Below, piece after piece: positions 11,434-22,508 of a stretch of DNA of 64,000 nucleotides. Numbering within the stretch: position 1 is the first letter of the stretch; the number at the start of each line of letters is the position of its first letter. The position numbers were made by a program, and so were the translations under genes. The notes beneath the pieces are model-generated. The model ran no database searches, was not told the DNA's origin, and was given only the letters and a program-made list of their open reading frames with translations. The stretch is from Octopus bimaculoides (taxonomy: Eukaryota): positions 19,237,296 through 19,301,295 of the forward strand of contig NC_068998.1 of NCBI RefSeq assembly GCF_001194135.2. Reading direction: 5' to 3'.

Positions 11434-13773
11434 AGTGGTGAGCTGGCAGAATTTAGGAAAAATGCTGATAAGTATTTCACCTGTCTTTAGAGTTCAAATA
11501 CCATTTAAGTCAACTTTGCCTTTCATCCCTTCAGGGTCAGTAAAATAAGTACCAGTTGAGCACTGGGGTTGATGTAATCAGCTTATTTCCTCCTCAAAAT
11601 TTTCGTGCCTGTGCCAAAATTTGAAACCATTATTATTAGTAGTAGTAGTAATAGTAGGAGGAGGAGGAGGAGGAGGGCAGCAAGCTAGCAGAATCCTTAG
11701 TACACCAGACAAAATGTTTAGTGGCATTTCTTCTGGTTTTATGTTCAAATCCCGCTACTGAGGTCAACTTTGCCTTTCATCCCTTCAGGGACCATGAAAT
11801 AAAGTACCGATCAAGTACTGGGATTGATCTAATTGACTCATACCTCCCAACAAACTTGCTGGCCTGGTACCAAAATTTTAAACAATCATTATTATTATTA
11901 TGGTGCAGGAGTGGCTGTGTGGTAAGTAGCTTGCTTACCAACCACATGGTTCCAGGTTCAGTCCCACTGTGTGGCACCTTCGGCAAATGTCTTCTACTAT
12001 AGCCTCGGGCCGACCAAAGCCTTGTGGGTGGATTTGGTAGACGGAAACTGAAAGAAGCCCGTCGTATATATGTGTATATATATGTGTGTGTTTGTGTGTC
12101 TGTGTTTGTCCCCTCACCATTGCTTGACAACCGATGGTGGTGTGTTCACATCCCCATAACTTAGCAGTTCGGCAAAAAAGACCGATAGAATAAGTACTAG
12201 GCTTACAAAGAATAAGTCCTGGGGTCAATTTGCTTGACTAAAGGCGGTGCTCCAGCATGGCCACAGTCAAATGACTAAAACAAGTAAAAGAGTATTATTA
12301 TTATTATTATTATTATTAAGGCAGTGAGCTGGCAGAATTGCCAGCACACCAGACAGAATACTGAGCAGCATTTTGTCTGTCTTTATATTCTGAGTTCAAA
12401 TTCTGTCGAGGTCAACTTTGCTTTCTTTCTTTTGAGGTCGATGGAATAAGTGCAAGTTGAGCACTGGGGTTGATGTCATCAACTTGCTCCCTCCCTTAAA
12501 ATTGCTGACCTTGTGCCAAACTTTGAATCTATTATAATTAGTGTGCCTTGCAGTATTTGTTCAGGCACTTTACAATCTGAGTTCAGTTTCAGCTGGGATC
12601 AACTTTGCCTGTCATCCCTCCAGGGTCAATGAAATAAAGTCTCAATCAAATATTGAAGATGATGGTAAGAACTAATCCTCTCTCCTCAAAATTGCTGGTC
12701 TTTTACCTAAATCAGAGACCATCATTATTATTAAGGTGGTGAGCTGGCAGAATCATTAGCATGCTGGACAAAATGATTAGCGGTATTTCGCTCATCACTA
12801 TGTTCTGAGTTCAAATTCCGCCAAAGTTAACTTTGCCTTTCATCCATTCTGGGTTGATAAAATAAGTACCAGTTGAGTAATGGGGTCGATGTATTCAACT
12901 CCTCCCCCTACCCCGAAATTGCTGGCCTTGTGCCAAAATTTGAAACTATTATTATTATTATTATTATGAGAGAGCAGCACATGCCATCAAAGTGACATTG
13001 GGTTACAAATATATGAAGCCCAATATATCCATCATGACTACCAATTTGATAAGAGTATACCAGGCACAGGCAAAATTTGAAATCATTATTATTATTAAGG
13101 TAGCGAGCTGGCAAAATCATTAGCATGCTGGGTGAAATGCTTAGCGGTATTCTGCTTGTTACTACGTTCTGAGTTCAAATTCTGCCGAGGTTGACTTTAT
13201 TTTTCATGCTTTTGGGGTCAATAAAATAAGTACCAGTTGAACACTGGGATCGATCTAATTGACTCATCCCCACCCCCACCCCAAGCTGCCCTTGTGACAA
13301 AAATTTGAAATAATAATTATAATTATTATTATTATTATTATTAATCCTTTCTACTATAGGCACAAGGTCTGAACTTTGTAGGGGGTGGTTAATTGATTGC
13401 ATTGCCCCCAGTGTTCAACTAGTACTTATTTCATTGATCCCAAAAGGAGTAAAGGTAAAGTTGACCTTGGTGGAATTTGAACTCAGAATGTAAAAACAGA
13501 TGAAATGCTGGCAAGCATTTTGTCTGACATGCCAACGATTCTGCCAGCTTGCATAATAATAATGATTTCAAATTTTGGCTCATGGCTAACAAGTTTGGGG
13601 AAGAGGGTAAAGTAATTACATCAACCCCAGTGCTCAACTGGTACATATCTTACTGACCTCGGAAAGATGAAAGGTAAAATCAACCTTGGCAGAATTTGAA
13701 CTCAGAACATAAAGACAGATGAAACACTGCTAAGCAATTTACCCTATGAGCTTGCATCATCATCATCATCATC

Positions 13774-13818
<45 letters not shown>

Positions 13819-13975
13819 GAGTGACCAGCTGGAAGAATCAGAGTGTTGGAAAAATACCTTTTACTATGTATTTTGAGTTCAAATCCCACTAAGGTCAACT
13901 TTGCCAGTCAGATACTGTGACTAACTAACCCCACCCCTAAATTTTCTAGCTTTGTACGTAAATTAGAAACAATTA
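10940..13975. mobile_element. Array of about 11 family-B tRNA-derived SINEs with (ATT)n tails, interrupted by one family-A SINE (11902-12292)
   Basis: Repeated head ggcagtgagctggcagaatcgttagca, B-box gagttcaaat, core tttgcctttcatcc..ggggtcgataaaataagtacc and tail aaaattgctggccttgtgccaaaatttgaaacc(att)n. + units at about 10940, 11178, 11434, 11676, 12319, 12545, 12735, 13099 and 13822; - units at about 13345-13545 and 13563-13745. Confidence 0.9.
11902..12292 (+). mobile_element. Full-length family-A SINE inserted into an (ATT)n tail
   Basis: A-box gtggctgtgtgg, B-box ggttcagtccc and 3' end ...tgactaaaacaagtaaaagag, flanked by attatt runs on both sides. Confidence 0.9.
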
Positions 13976-16281
13976 CTATTATTATAAGCAAAAGCATGGG
14001 TGTGTGGTTAAGAAGCTTGCTTCCCAACCATGTTCAGGTTCAGTCCAACTGTACAATATCTTGGCCAAATATTTTCTAACTATAGCCCTGGGATAACCAA
14101 AAGCTTGTGAGTGGATTTGGTAAATGGAAACTTAAAGAAGCCCACAGTATATTTATCTAATCTCATATATCTATCTATCTAGAGAGAGAGAGAGTGGGGG
14201 GAGTGTACATTTGTTTTGACATCATGCCATGGTTGAAAATTTGAAAATGAGCATTATCATCATCATCATCATACAATTGATGTTTTTTATTTCCAATTTT
14301 GCATGTTGAAAACAGGTGAGGGTTGGTGACAGGAGGGGGCATCCAGCCATAGACAATCTGCCTCAACGAATTTCATCTGACCCATGCAAGCATAGAAAAG
14401 TAGACATTAAATGATGATGATGACCATAGTCATGAGTTGACCAATAACTTGGGAGTGGAATTTGGTTGATGGAAATTGGGCAGAAAACGTTTCGGCGAGC
14501 TGGCAGAAACATTAGCACAACAGGTGAAATGCTTAGTGGTATTTCGTCTGTCTTTATGTTCTGAGGTTAACTTTGCCTTTCATACTTTCAAGGTCGATAA
14601 ATTAAGTACCAGTTATGCCCTGGGGTCGATGTAATCGACTTAATCCCTTTGTCTGACCTTGTTTGTCCCCTCTATGTTTAGCCCCTTGTGGGCAGTAAAG
14701 AAATAAGAAACTTGTGCATATTGTGAAGTGGTTGATAAACAAAAGAAAACAGAAATATTGGTGTTGATTCCACAAAAAATGCACTCAGTGCACTCTGTAA
14801 AGTGGTTGGCATTAGAAAGAGTGTCCAGCTATAGAAAACCATGCCAAAATGAAAACAAATGAGACAGGCATAGCCTTTTGGCCATGTCTAAGAGGACAGT
14901 AACCCCAAACAAAAGCTTAACTTGAACTGTGATGACCTATCCAACCCATACCATCATGAAAAGCAGATAGTGGTGGTGATGATGATCACTTTAACTTTTC
15001 TGTGCTTTCAATCAAGGGCCAGATGGAGTTCATTGAGGCAAATTTTTCTATAGCTGGATGCTCTTACTGTCAAGAGCCCTTGCCTGTTTTCAAGCAAAAT
15101 TATATTTTTCCATGACCAGATATATTTTTGTAGAATATTAGAAATGAAGGACCTTCTTTTACAGCAGTCATGTGATGTCAAGCAATACAAAGGGACTCAA
15201 ACACACACACATCGTCGTCATCATCATCATCATCATTTAATGTCCATTTTCCATGCTGGCATGGGTTAGATTGTTTGACCAAAGCTGGTAAGCCAAAGAG
15301 CTACACCAGGCTCCAGTTGTCTGTTTTGGCTTGGTTTCTATGGCTAGATGCCCTTCCTAATGCCAACCATTACAGAGTGTACTGGGTGCTTGTTATGTGT
15401 CACTAGCACGGGTGTCATGTACATGTCACCTAAACAGGTGCCTTTTATATGTCACCAGCACAGGTGCCTTCTATGTGTATCATTGGCATGGGTGCCTTTT
15501 ATGTGTCACCAGCATGGGTACTTTTCATGTGGAAACTTTTTGCAGCTTTTTAAGTGGCACCAGCACCGGCTGGATTACCAAGTAATTTGCATGACAGAGA
15601 CCACTTGGTTGAGAGTAAAACCAAGGGCAGTGGCTGTGTACCAGACGAGAAGTTGGAGTATGATAGAGGGACAGAGATAGTCATCTTACAATAGAAGAGG
15701 CTTTTGACTACCCCAGTAGGAGGAAGAAGTTGGGAGAGAGTTAGAGAAAAAGTTCGAGGGACAGTCAGAGTGAGAGAAAGAAAAGTAAATGGTGTGGGGA
15801 TGTATTGGGGTTTATCCCCAGGGAGTAGGGTATAGGTAGTGCAGAGGTCATAGAGAGGGATGTTCCATGAGAGTGTGAGGGGATATGTTTAGGGATGGAG
15901 AAGAAATGACTTTAAGAAGTGATGGCAAGGGAAATTGGAGAATCAGGGAAGCGGGTTGGGAAGATATGTAAAGCCATGGAGAGTGTGCAGATAGACACAT
16001 GAGAAAGTGGACCCGCAGCAGATGATGCATGTGAGGGAGAGTGGAGGGGAGGGGTCTGCTGGGAATTTTGACAGAAGTCAGATGTGTGTGAGGAGGGGAT
16101 GTCCAAAAAGGACATGCATATATGTGTGGATGGTCATGATTTCACTTAGCTTGCATATATATATATATATAATATAGATTCAATTAAAAGATTGAATGTG
16201 GTACTTAAAATGTTTGTGGCACCAGAATTTGGTAGGGTAAAATCCAAAAGCAAAATCATGAGATTTGGTGAATTAAATTAG

Positions 16282-16477
16282 AAGAAAAGCAACAAAAATG
16301 TATTAGGTTATAGCAGTACATACGTTTCGTACAAGCCTCATTTATTTATGTAGTGAGAACACCACATAAGATGTGCAATGAAAATTGTACTCCTCAGCTG
16401 CATAATGGAAGTTCATTTCAGTGGCTTGTACGAAACATATGTACTGCTATGACCTAATACATTTTTGTTGCTTTTCT

Positions 16478-16478
<1 letters not shown>
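16282..16478. mobile_element. Foldback/MITE with ~56-bp inverted arms (mariner-like tattaggt core)
   Basis: Left arm 16282-16337 (aagaaaagcaacaaaaatgtattaggttatagcagtacatacgtttcgtacaagcc) versus right arm 16423-16478: 2 mismatches, ~85-nt spacer. Confidence 0.75.
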
Positions 16479-16509
<31 letters not shown>

Positions 16510-17262
16510 GTATACGTATAGAACAGGCATCCACACAGTTTCATTCTATTAAATCCATTTACAAGGCTTTGGTCAGCTTAGGGCTATAGTAGATGGCACA
16601 TACCTAAGATGCAATGCAGTGGGACTGAATCCAAAACCATGTGGTTGGGAAACAAACTGCATAACCCCACTGCCATGTGTGTATGCCTGTTTCTTTGCAT
16701 TGACATTTCTTGGGCAGCTGCAGCTTTCATTTATGTCTCATAGACTGGCAGGCCAATATGAAACAACCAGTGGAATAAAGTACTGAACATGAAAACAAGT
16801 AAGGCTTTGCATCAGGAAGGACAATCTGGCTTTGGAATACTCTCTCAAGAAGTTTTGTCCAATCTATGCCAGCATGGAAAAAGCAGATATAAAAATGAGT
16901 ATGTTGGTGGCTATTACTATATCGTAAAGCATGATCCAGTTTCAATTCCCAATTGAAAGCATTTCCTTCTAATCAACATTAATTACTATATGTATGTCAC
17001 ACAATCTGATTCTACAGATTTTATAAAGCCTTCCTCTTTCTCATTATTATTGTTATTCTGTTTCTCCTCTTCCTTCCCCCTTTCATTTGTTGTTGTTGAT
17101 TTGACTCAGGTTCGTTCTTATATCTAGTAGAATTTATGTGGGTAGCAGATTACTAGCTATTCCTTAGTTATCCACATGTGCTTTCAAGCGTTCTCCTGTC
17201 CCTAAGAGGCAAACTTTCTGTAGAAGCTCTACAGAGCATTCTATTCCAATCTCTGTCAATCA

Positions 17263-18105
17263 CCTATACTATAAATTGCAGTATTCTTGATTGATTGATT
17301 GATTGATTGAGTGTTGGCAGATTCACTCGAGAAGGGTGCAGTGGAATCGCGTGAAATTCAGCACAGAGCGGCAGCATGGTCCGCTCATGTTCAGGAGATT
17401 TTTATTGCCCTCCAACTCCCATGGTTACCGAGATAATCGATTATTACTTTTTAAGATAGGAATATCCCATTCAAAGTGGGGAGGGGCAATTTTGTTACCT
17501 TTCCCATGCGCGAAATTTTACGAAAAACCAGCACAATAAAGATTATTTTTTTCCAAGTAATGTGGCTGGGTTTGTTTTTCGAAAATTTTAATCAGAGGCA
17601 CAGAAAAAAAATAATTTCAATTTTTTGTGCATTAAAAAAAAAAAGCTATAGCTTACGCTCTTTCTAATTACTATGTTTTTTTTAAACTTCAGTTACAAAT
17701 GTCTTCAAACGTCGACATTCAAACAGCTTTTCCATATTGAGACAAACGGACTCTGCACAATTGTATCCATCCAGGAACGCGTTTTCAATAATTGAAATTC
17801 ACAATTCTAATCAGTGTACATGAACGTCCAACCTATGATTGATCTTGAACAGTTTCGATTAACATTCTTGTGTCGCCAATACAACAACCGCACTACCATA
17901 TAGTTTTCTTTTAAGGCGAGGTTATACCACAAATAAGGTTCTGTGACTACATCATATTGTTTTTGGGTTGTTCTTACTTTTTTTTTGTTTTTGGAATTTT
18001 TGTTTTTTTTATTTTTAGTTCTTTTTATTATTCAAAATATACATAGGAAATAGCCTTTAACCAAATCCACCACATTGCCCGAGTGAAACCAGGAAAAACA
18101 GCTAG
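17263..18105 (+). mobile_element. Non-autonomous Helitron with internal (GATT)n
   Basis: 5' a|cctatactataaa (TC-like start) then (GATT)n. 3' decayed hairpin gcccgagtgaaaccagg followed by CTAG|t. The insertion lies between A and T, and the interior retains CpGs. Confidence 0.75.
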
Positions 18106-18290
18106 TTAGTCTATATCTTTGCTCACAGTTCCCAATGCACCATTTATTACAGGCACAACTTTTATTGTTTTCATATTCCAAATTCTTGCAATTTCAAATT
18201 TTAAGGGATTGTATTTTTTAAATATATCATCCTCTTTCTTTACAATTCTGGAATCAAGTGGACATGATGGATCATTTATCATTATTATTA

Positions 18291-18991
18291 AGGTGGTGAG
18301 CTGGCAGAATCGTTAGCATGACAGGCGAAGTGCTTAGTGATATTTTGCCATCACTACATTCTGAGTTCAAATTCCGCCATGGTCGACTTTACTTGTCATC
18401 CTTTGGGGGTCAATAAAAGTACCAGTAGAGCACTGTGCTCGATGTAATTGATTTACCCCCTCCCCCAAAATTTCAGGCTTTGTGCCTTTAATAGAAAGGA
18501 TTATTATTACTATTATTATTATTAAGCAGTGAGCTGGCTGAATCGTTAGCATGCTGGACGAAATGCTTAGCGGTATTTCACCTGTTGCTCCATTCTGAGT
18601 TCAAATTCTGCCAAGGTCGACTTTGCCTTTCATCTTTTTGAGAGTCGATAAAAATAAGTACCAGTTAAAAAACTGGAATTGATGTGATTGACTCATCCCC
18701 TTCCACAAAATTGCTGCCCTTGTGGCAAAATTTGAAACCATTATTATTATTATTATTATTAAGGCAGCAAGCTGGCAGAATCATTAGCACACTGGGCAAA
18801 ATGCTTAGCAGCATTTCATCCATCAGTACATTCTGAGTTCAAATCCCACCGAGGTCAACTTTGCCTTGCCTTTCATCCCTTTCAGAGTTGATAAATTAAG
18901 TACCAGTTGAGCACTGGGGGTTGATGTAATCGACTAGCACCCTCCCCCAAAATTGCTGGCCTCATGGCAAAATTTGAAACCATTAGTATTA

Positions 18992-19050
<59 letters not shown>

Positions 19051-19266
19051 TAGGTGGCAAGCTGGCAGAATCCTTACTTTGCTGGGAAAATTGCTTAGCG
19101 GCATTTCTTCCAACTTTACGTTCTGAGTTCAAACTCTGCCACAGTCCACCTTGCCTTTCATCCTTTTGGAGGTCAATAAAATACGTACCAGTTGGACACT
19201 GAGGTAATCAACTCCCTTACCACAAAATTGCTGGCATTGTCCCAAAATTTGAAACCACTATTATTA

Positions 19267-19343
<77 letters not shown>

Positions 19344-19360
19344 GTTGTTGTTGTTGTTGT
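18291..19360 (+). mobile_element. Four head-to-tail family-B SINEs ending in long (ATT)n/(GTT)n
   Basis: Units start at about 18291, 18525, 18762 and 19053, each ending in an (ATT)n run. The last tail runs to within 8 nt of the HBS1L acceptor at 19368. Confidence 0.9.
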
Positions 19361-19368
19361 TATTCCAG

Positions 19369-19732
19369 CTGCCAAGAAAGATGTATTATTATCTAAGAAC
19401 TTGAAAGATGGTTCCAGTTGTAAAAGCTCTGCTGATCAGCAACCTGATTCTTCTGAAGTAACAACGCCTTTAACTACCAAATCTAAACAAAATTCTTCAA
19501 ATGATAACAAATTGACTTGTTCCCTTCCTACACCAGTTACTACGGTTACCGATGCCACTTTAGCTGCTGATTTAATGGGTGTATCAGAGGTTAATGGACT
19601 CAAAAAAGATGGTTTGTGTACTCCTTGTAAAGATGGTTCTAGAACTCCAAACAAGGAAGGATCTCTTACTCCACGAACTGCTCGTCGCGATGTCAATGAT
19701 AGACCTATGGGATTGCCAAAGAGTTCTTCAAG
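19369..19732 (+). CDS. HBS1L: HBS1-like GTPase, linker exon (first coding exon recognised in the window; Ser/Thr/Pro-rich)
   Basis: Acceptor tattccag|ct at 19368/19369 and donor tcaag|gtaagg at 19732/19733. Open frame AKKDVLLSKNLKDGSSCKSS...PMGLPKSSS(R). Its phase-2 end joins the next exon in frame (AG|G = Arg). Assigned to HBS1L by splice-phase continuity, not by homology of this exon. Confidence 0.8.
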
Positions 19733-19840
19733 GTAAGGAACTTCTTTATTTAACCCTTTTGTTACCATATTTCTATAGAAATATACTGCCTTTGTCTCAA
19801 TTAATTTTGAAAATAATAATGAATTTAGTAAGATAATTTT

Positions 19841-20992
19841 GTTGTTATTAAGCTGGTAACATAGATTGATATGAAATTTTGATAGAAGTTTTCAATTTAG
19901 ATCACTTAGGACCAGAGCCGATTTTAGGTGGGTTGGTATCAAATGGGTTAACTATGACTCCTTTTCATACTTTCATTATACAGGGCGAACCATAAGTCAC
20001 ACACAAAATAGGTTCAATGCACTCCGGAATTATCAAAGACCTGCTTCAGTTTTTCTAAAATTTAATAAAATAAATAAATAAATAAAACAGTGATGAATAC
20101 ACACATACTTGTACATCATTATCATCATCATCGTCATTTAACGTCCGCTTTCCATGCTAGCATGGGTTGGACGATTTGACTGAGGACTGGTGGACCAGGA
20201 GGCGACACCAGGCTCCAATCTGATTTGGCAGAGTTTCTACAGCTGGATGCCCTTCCTAACGCCAATCACTCTGAGAGTGTAGTGGGTGCTTTTACGTGCC
20301 ACCGGCATGAAGGCCAGTCAGGCGGTACTGGCAACGGCCACGCTCAAATGGTGTATATTATGTGCCACCTACACAAGAGCCAGTCCAGGGGCACTGGCAA
20401 CGATCTCGCTCGAAAGTCCTTACACATGTCACAGGCACAAGTGCCAGAAAGGCGACGCTCGGCATAGGTGCCCTCTCGATTTCGCTTTCGCTTGCCCCAA
20501 TAAGTCTTCGCAAGCTGAGTTTCGTGTCCAATGAAGGAGACGATGCTGGCATGGGTGCCAGTCGTCGAATTTAGTTCGGTTTCAATTTCACTTGCCTCAA
20601 CAGGTCTTCGCAAGCGGAGTTTAGTGTCCAAAGAAGGAAAGGTATGCATAAGTGGGCTGGCTACACCCCTGGCAGAGGCCTTGGATTTAGGTTGTTATTA
20701 TTAAGCTGGTGCTTGTAACATAAACTGATATGAAATTTTGATAGAAGTTTTCAATTTAGATCACTTTAAAACAGGAATTTATATCACAGGACCAGAGCCC
20801 ACTTTAGGTGGGTTGGTATCAAATGGGTTAACTATGACTCCTTTTCATACTTTCATTATACAGGGTGAACCAAAAGTCACACACAAAATAGGTTCAACGC
20901 ACTCCGGAATTATCAAAGACCTGCTTCAGTTTTTCTAAAATTGAATAAAATAAATAAATAAAACAGTGATGAATACACACATGCTTGTACAT
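19841..20992 (-). mobile_element. 5'-truncated RTE (20117-20690) flanked by a ~280-300-bp direct duplication
   Basis: 19841-20116 is repeated at 20691-20992. Between the copies lies a CpG-rich RTE 3' fragment starting with (cat)n cgtcatttaacgtccgctttccatgc. Confidence 0.85.
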
Positions 20993-22422
20993 GATGTACA
21001 AAATGAATAATAATAACAATAATAATCCTTTCTACTAAAGGCACAAGGCCTGACATTTTGGAGGAGGGGTTAAGTTGATTACATTGACCCCAGTATTCAA
21101 CTGGTACTTAATTATCGATCCCAAAAGGATGAAAGATAAATTTGACCTTGGCAGAATTTGAACTCAGAACGTAAAGATGGACGAAATGCTGCTAAGCATC
21201 TTTCCTGGCATGCTAACAATTCTGCCAGCTCACCACCTTAATTATAATAATAATGATGATGATGATGATGATTTCAAATTTTGGCACAAGACCAGGAGTC
21301 ATTTGTTTTGGGGTGTGATTTTTGACCCACCCTGTATACTGCATGGTCATGAGGTGAAGAAGTTTGTTTCAGAATCATATGGTTTAGGGTTCAGTCCTAC
21401 TTAATGGGCATTATTGACTGACTGACTGGTGTCTCCTGCTATAGTAACATGTTAACCAGAGCCCTGTGAATGAAATTTCATCATAATCATCTTCATCATC
21501 ATGATAACAGTGGCAGTGGGAAGGTGTTGAGGTTGTTGATGATTTTCTTTTATATGCTACAAGAGTGCCAGATGAAGCAACATACACAGGTTACGAAATG
21601 TGCTGAGCTTTACACAGCATCAAAGGGGAAAATAAATCTATACTCCAAATTTTGTCATGTCCATTGAGTAGGAAAGTTACCTCAAATCAATCGTGGAACC
21701 CCTCAGATCCTGAATTATCTTGTTTGTGAAGGGTTATGGCCTTCTCCCAACTAACATTCTCTGGCCTTTAGATGCATGCTGAGAATACACCCACTCACTC
21801 AAGTGAATGTTCACCCCTCATACCTACCTTTCAACAAATTTACTGCAAGCAGCACCTCTCTACCTATGTTCACCTTCATTTCAAGTAAAACTCAAAATAG
21901 TTCATGATGACATGTCTGAAGAGTATCACCATCATGCAAGCGATATTGTTTGATTCTAGTCTTCCCTGAAAACGTATCCTGCTATGGGAAATATTAGCTT
22001 GCTTGGAAACAAGTGAGGGTTGGTGGCAGGAAGGACATCTGGCCATAAAAAAATCTGTGTCAATAAGTTTTGTCTGACCCATATGAACATTGGTTCAGGC
22101 AAAATTATACAGCAGTGTTGGTGGTGGCAGCATTATTTAAAACCACAGTGAAGTTGCAAATATACATTCTAACATCCAGTTGTTGCTTAACCCCAAATCA
22201 TCTTAGATCAAACTGACCCATGATCAAAAGTGTCCTAGCTGTGACTATCCTGTCCTTCTTTTTTTCGGTTATTGTGTATCATTGACTGTGTTATGCAATG
22301 TTTCAGTCCTTTTTTTTTTAAGAAAACAGATTGTCAATCAAGGGAGATCTGACTGCTATTTCTAAGGCTTGATCAGTTGTTCCATTGCTGTGTTGTTAAC
22401 AATTATGAAACTTTTCTTCCAG

Positions 22423-22508
22423 GTCAAAATATGAAAAACTTGACTTAAAAAAGGAATACGAAAAAAGACAAGAAGGAAGAAAAGAATTAATAAACTTAGT
22501 AGTTATTG
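22423..22508 (+). CDS. HBS1L: HBS1L exon, start of G domain (SKYEKLDLKKEYEKRQEGRKELINLVVI-G)
   Basis: cttttcttccag|g acceptor and attg|gtaagt donor. The peptide matches the HBS1L '[20 protein letters not shown]' region; 86 nt, phases 2/1. Confidence 0.93.

Noticed and set aside
11902-11975. tRNA-like sequences with A and B boxes (many copies)
   Set aside because: They are SINE heads followed by the SINE body; no complete cloverleaf or acceptor stem was seen.
10940-13975. Repeat-spacer-like periodicity suggesting a CRISPR array
   Set aside because: The units are ~200-250-bp SINEs with Pol III boxes and microsatellite tails. There are no short constant repeats with unique spacers and no cas genes, and the context is eukaryotic.
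19192-19404. ORF with a long poly-Leu tract
   Set aside because: It is a translation of the (ATT)n/(GTT)n SINE tail; the real exon starts at 19369 in another frame.
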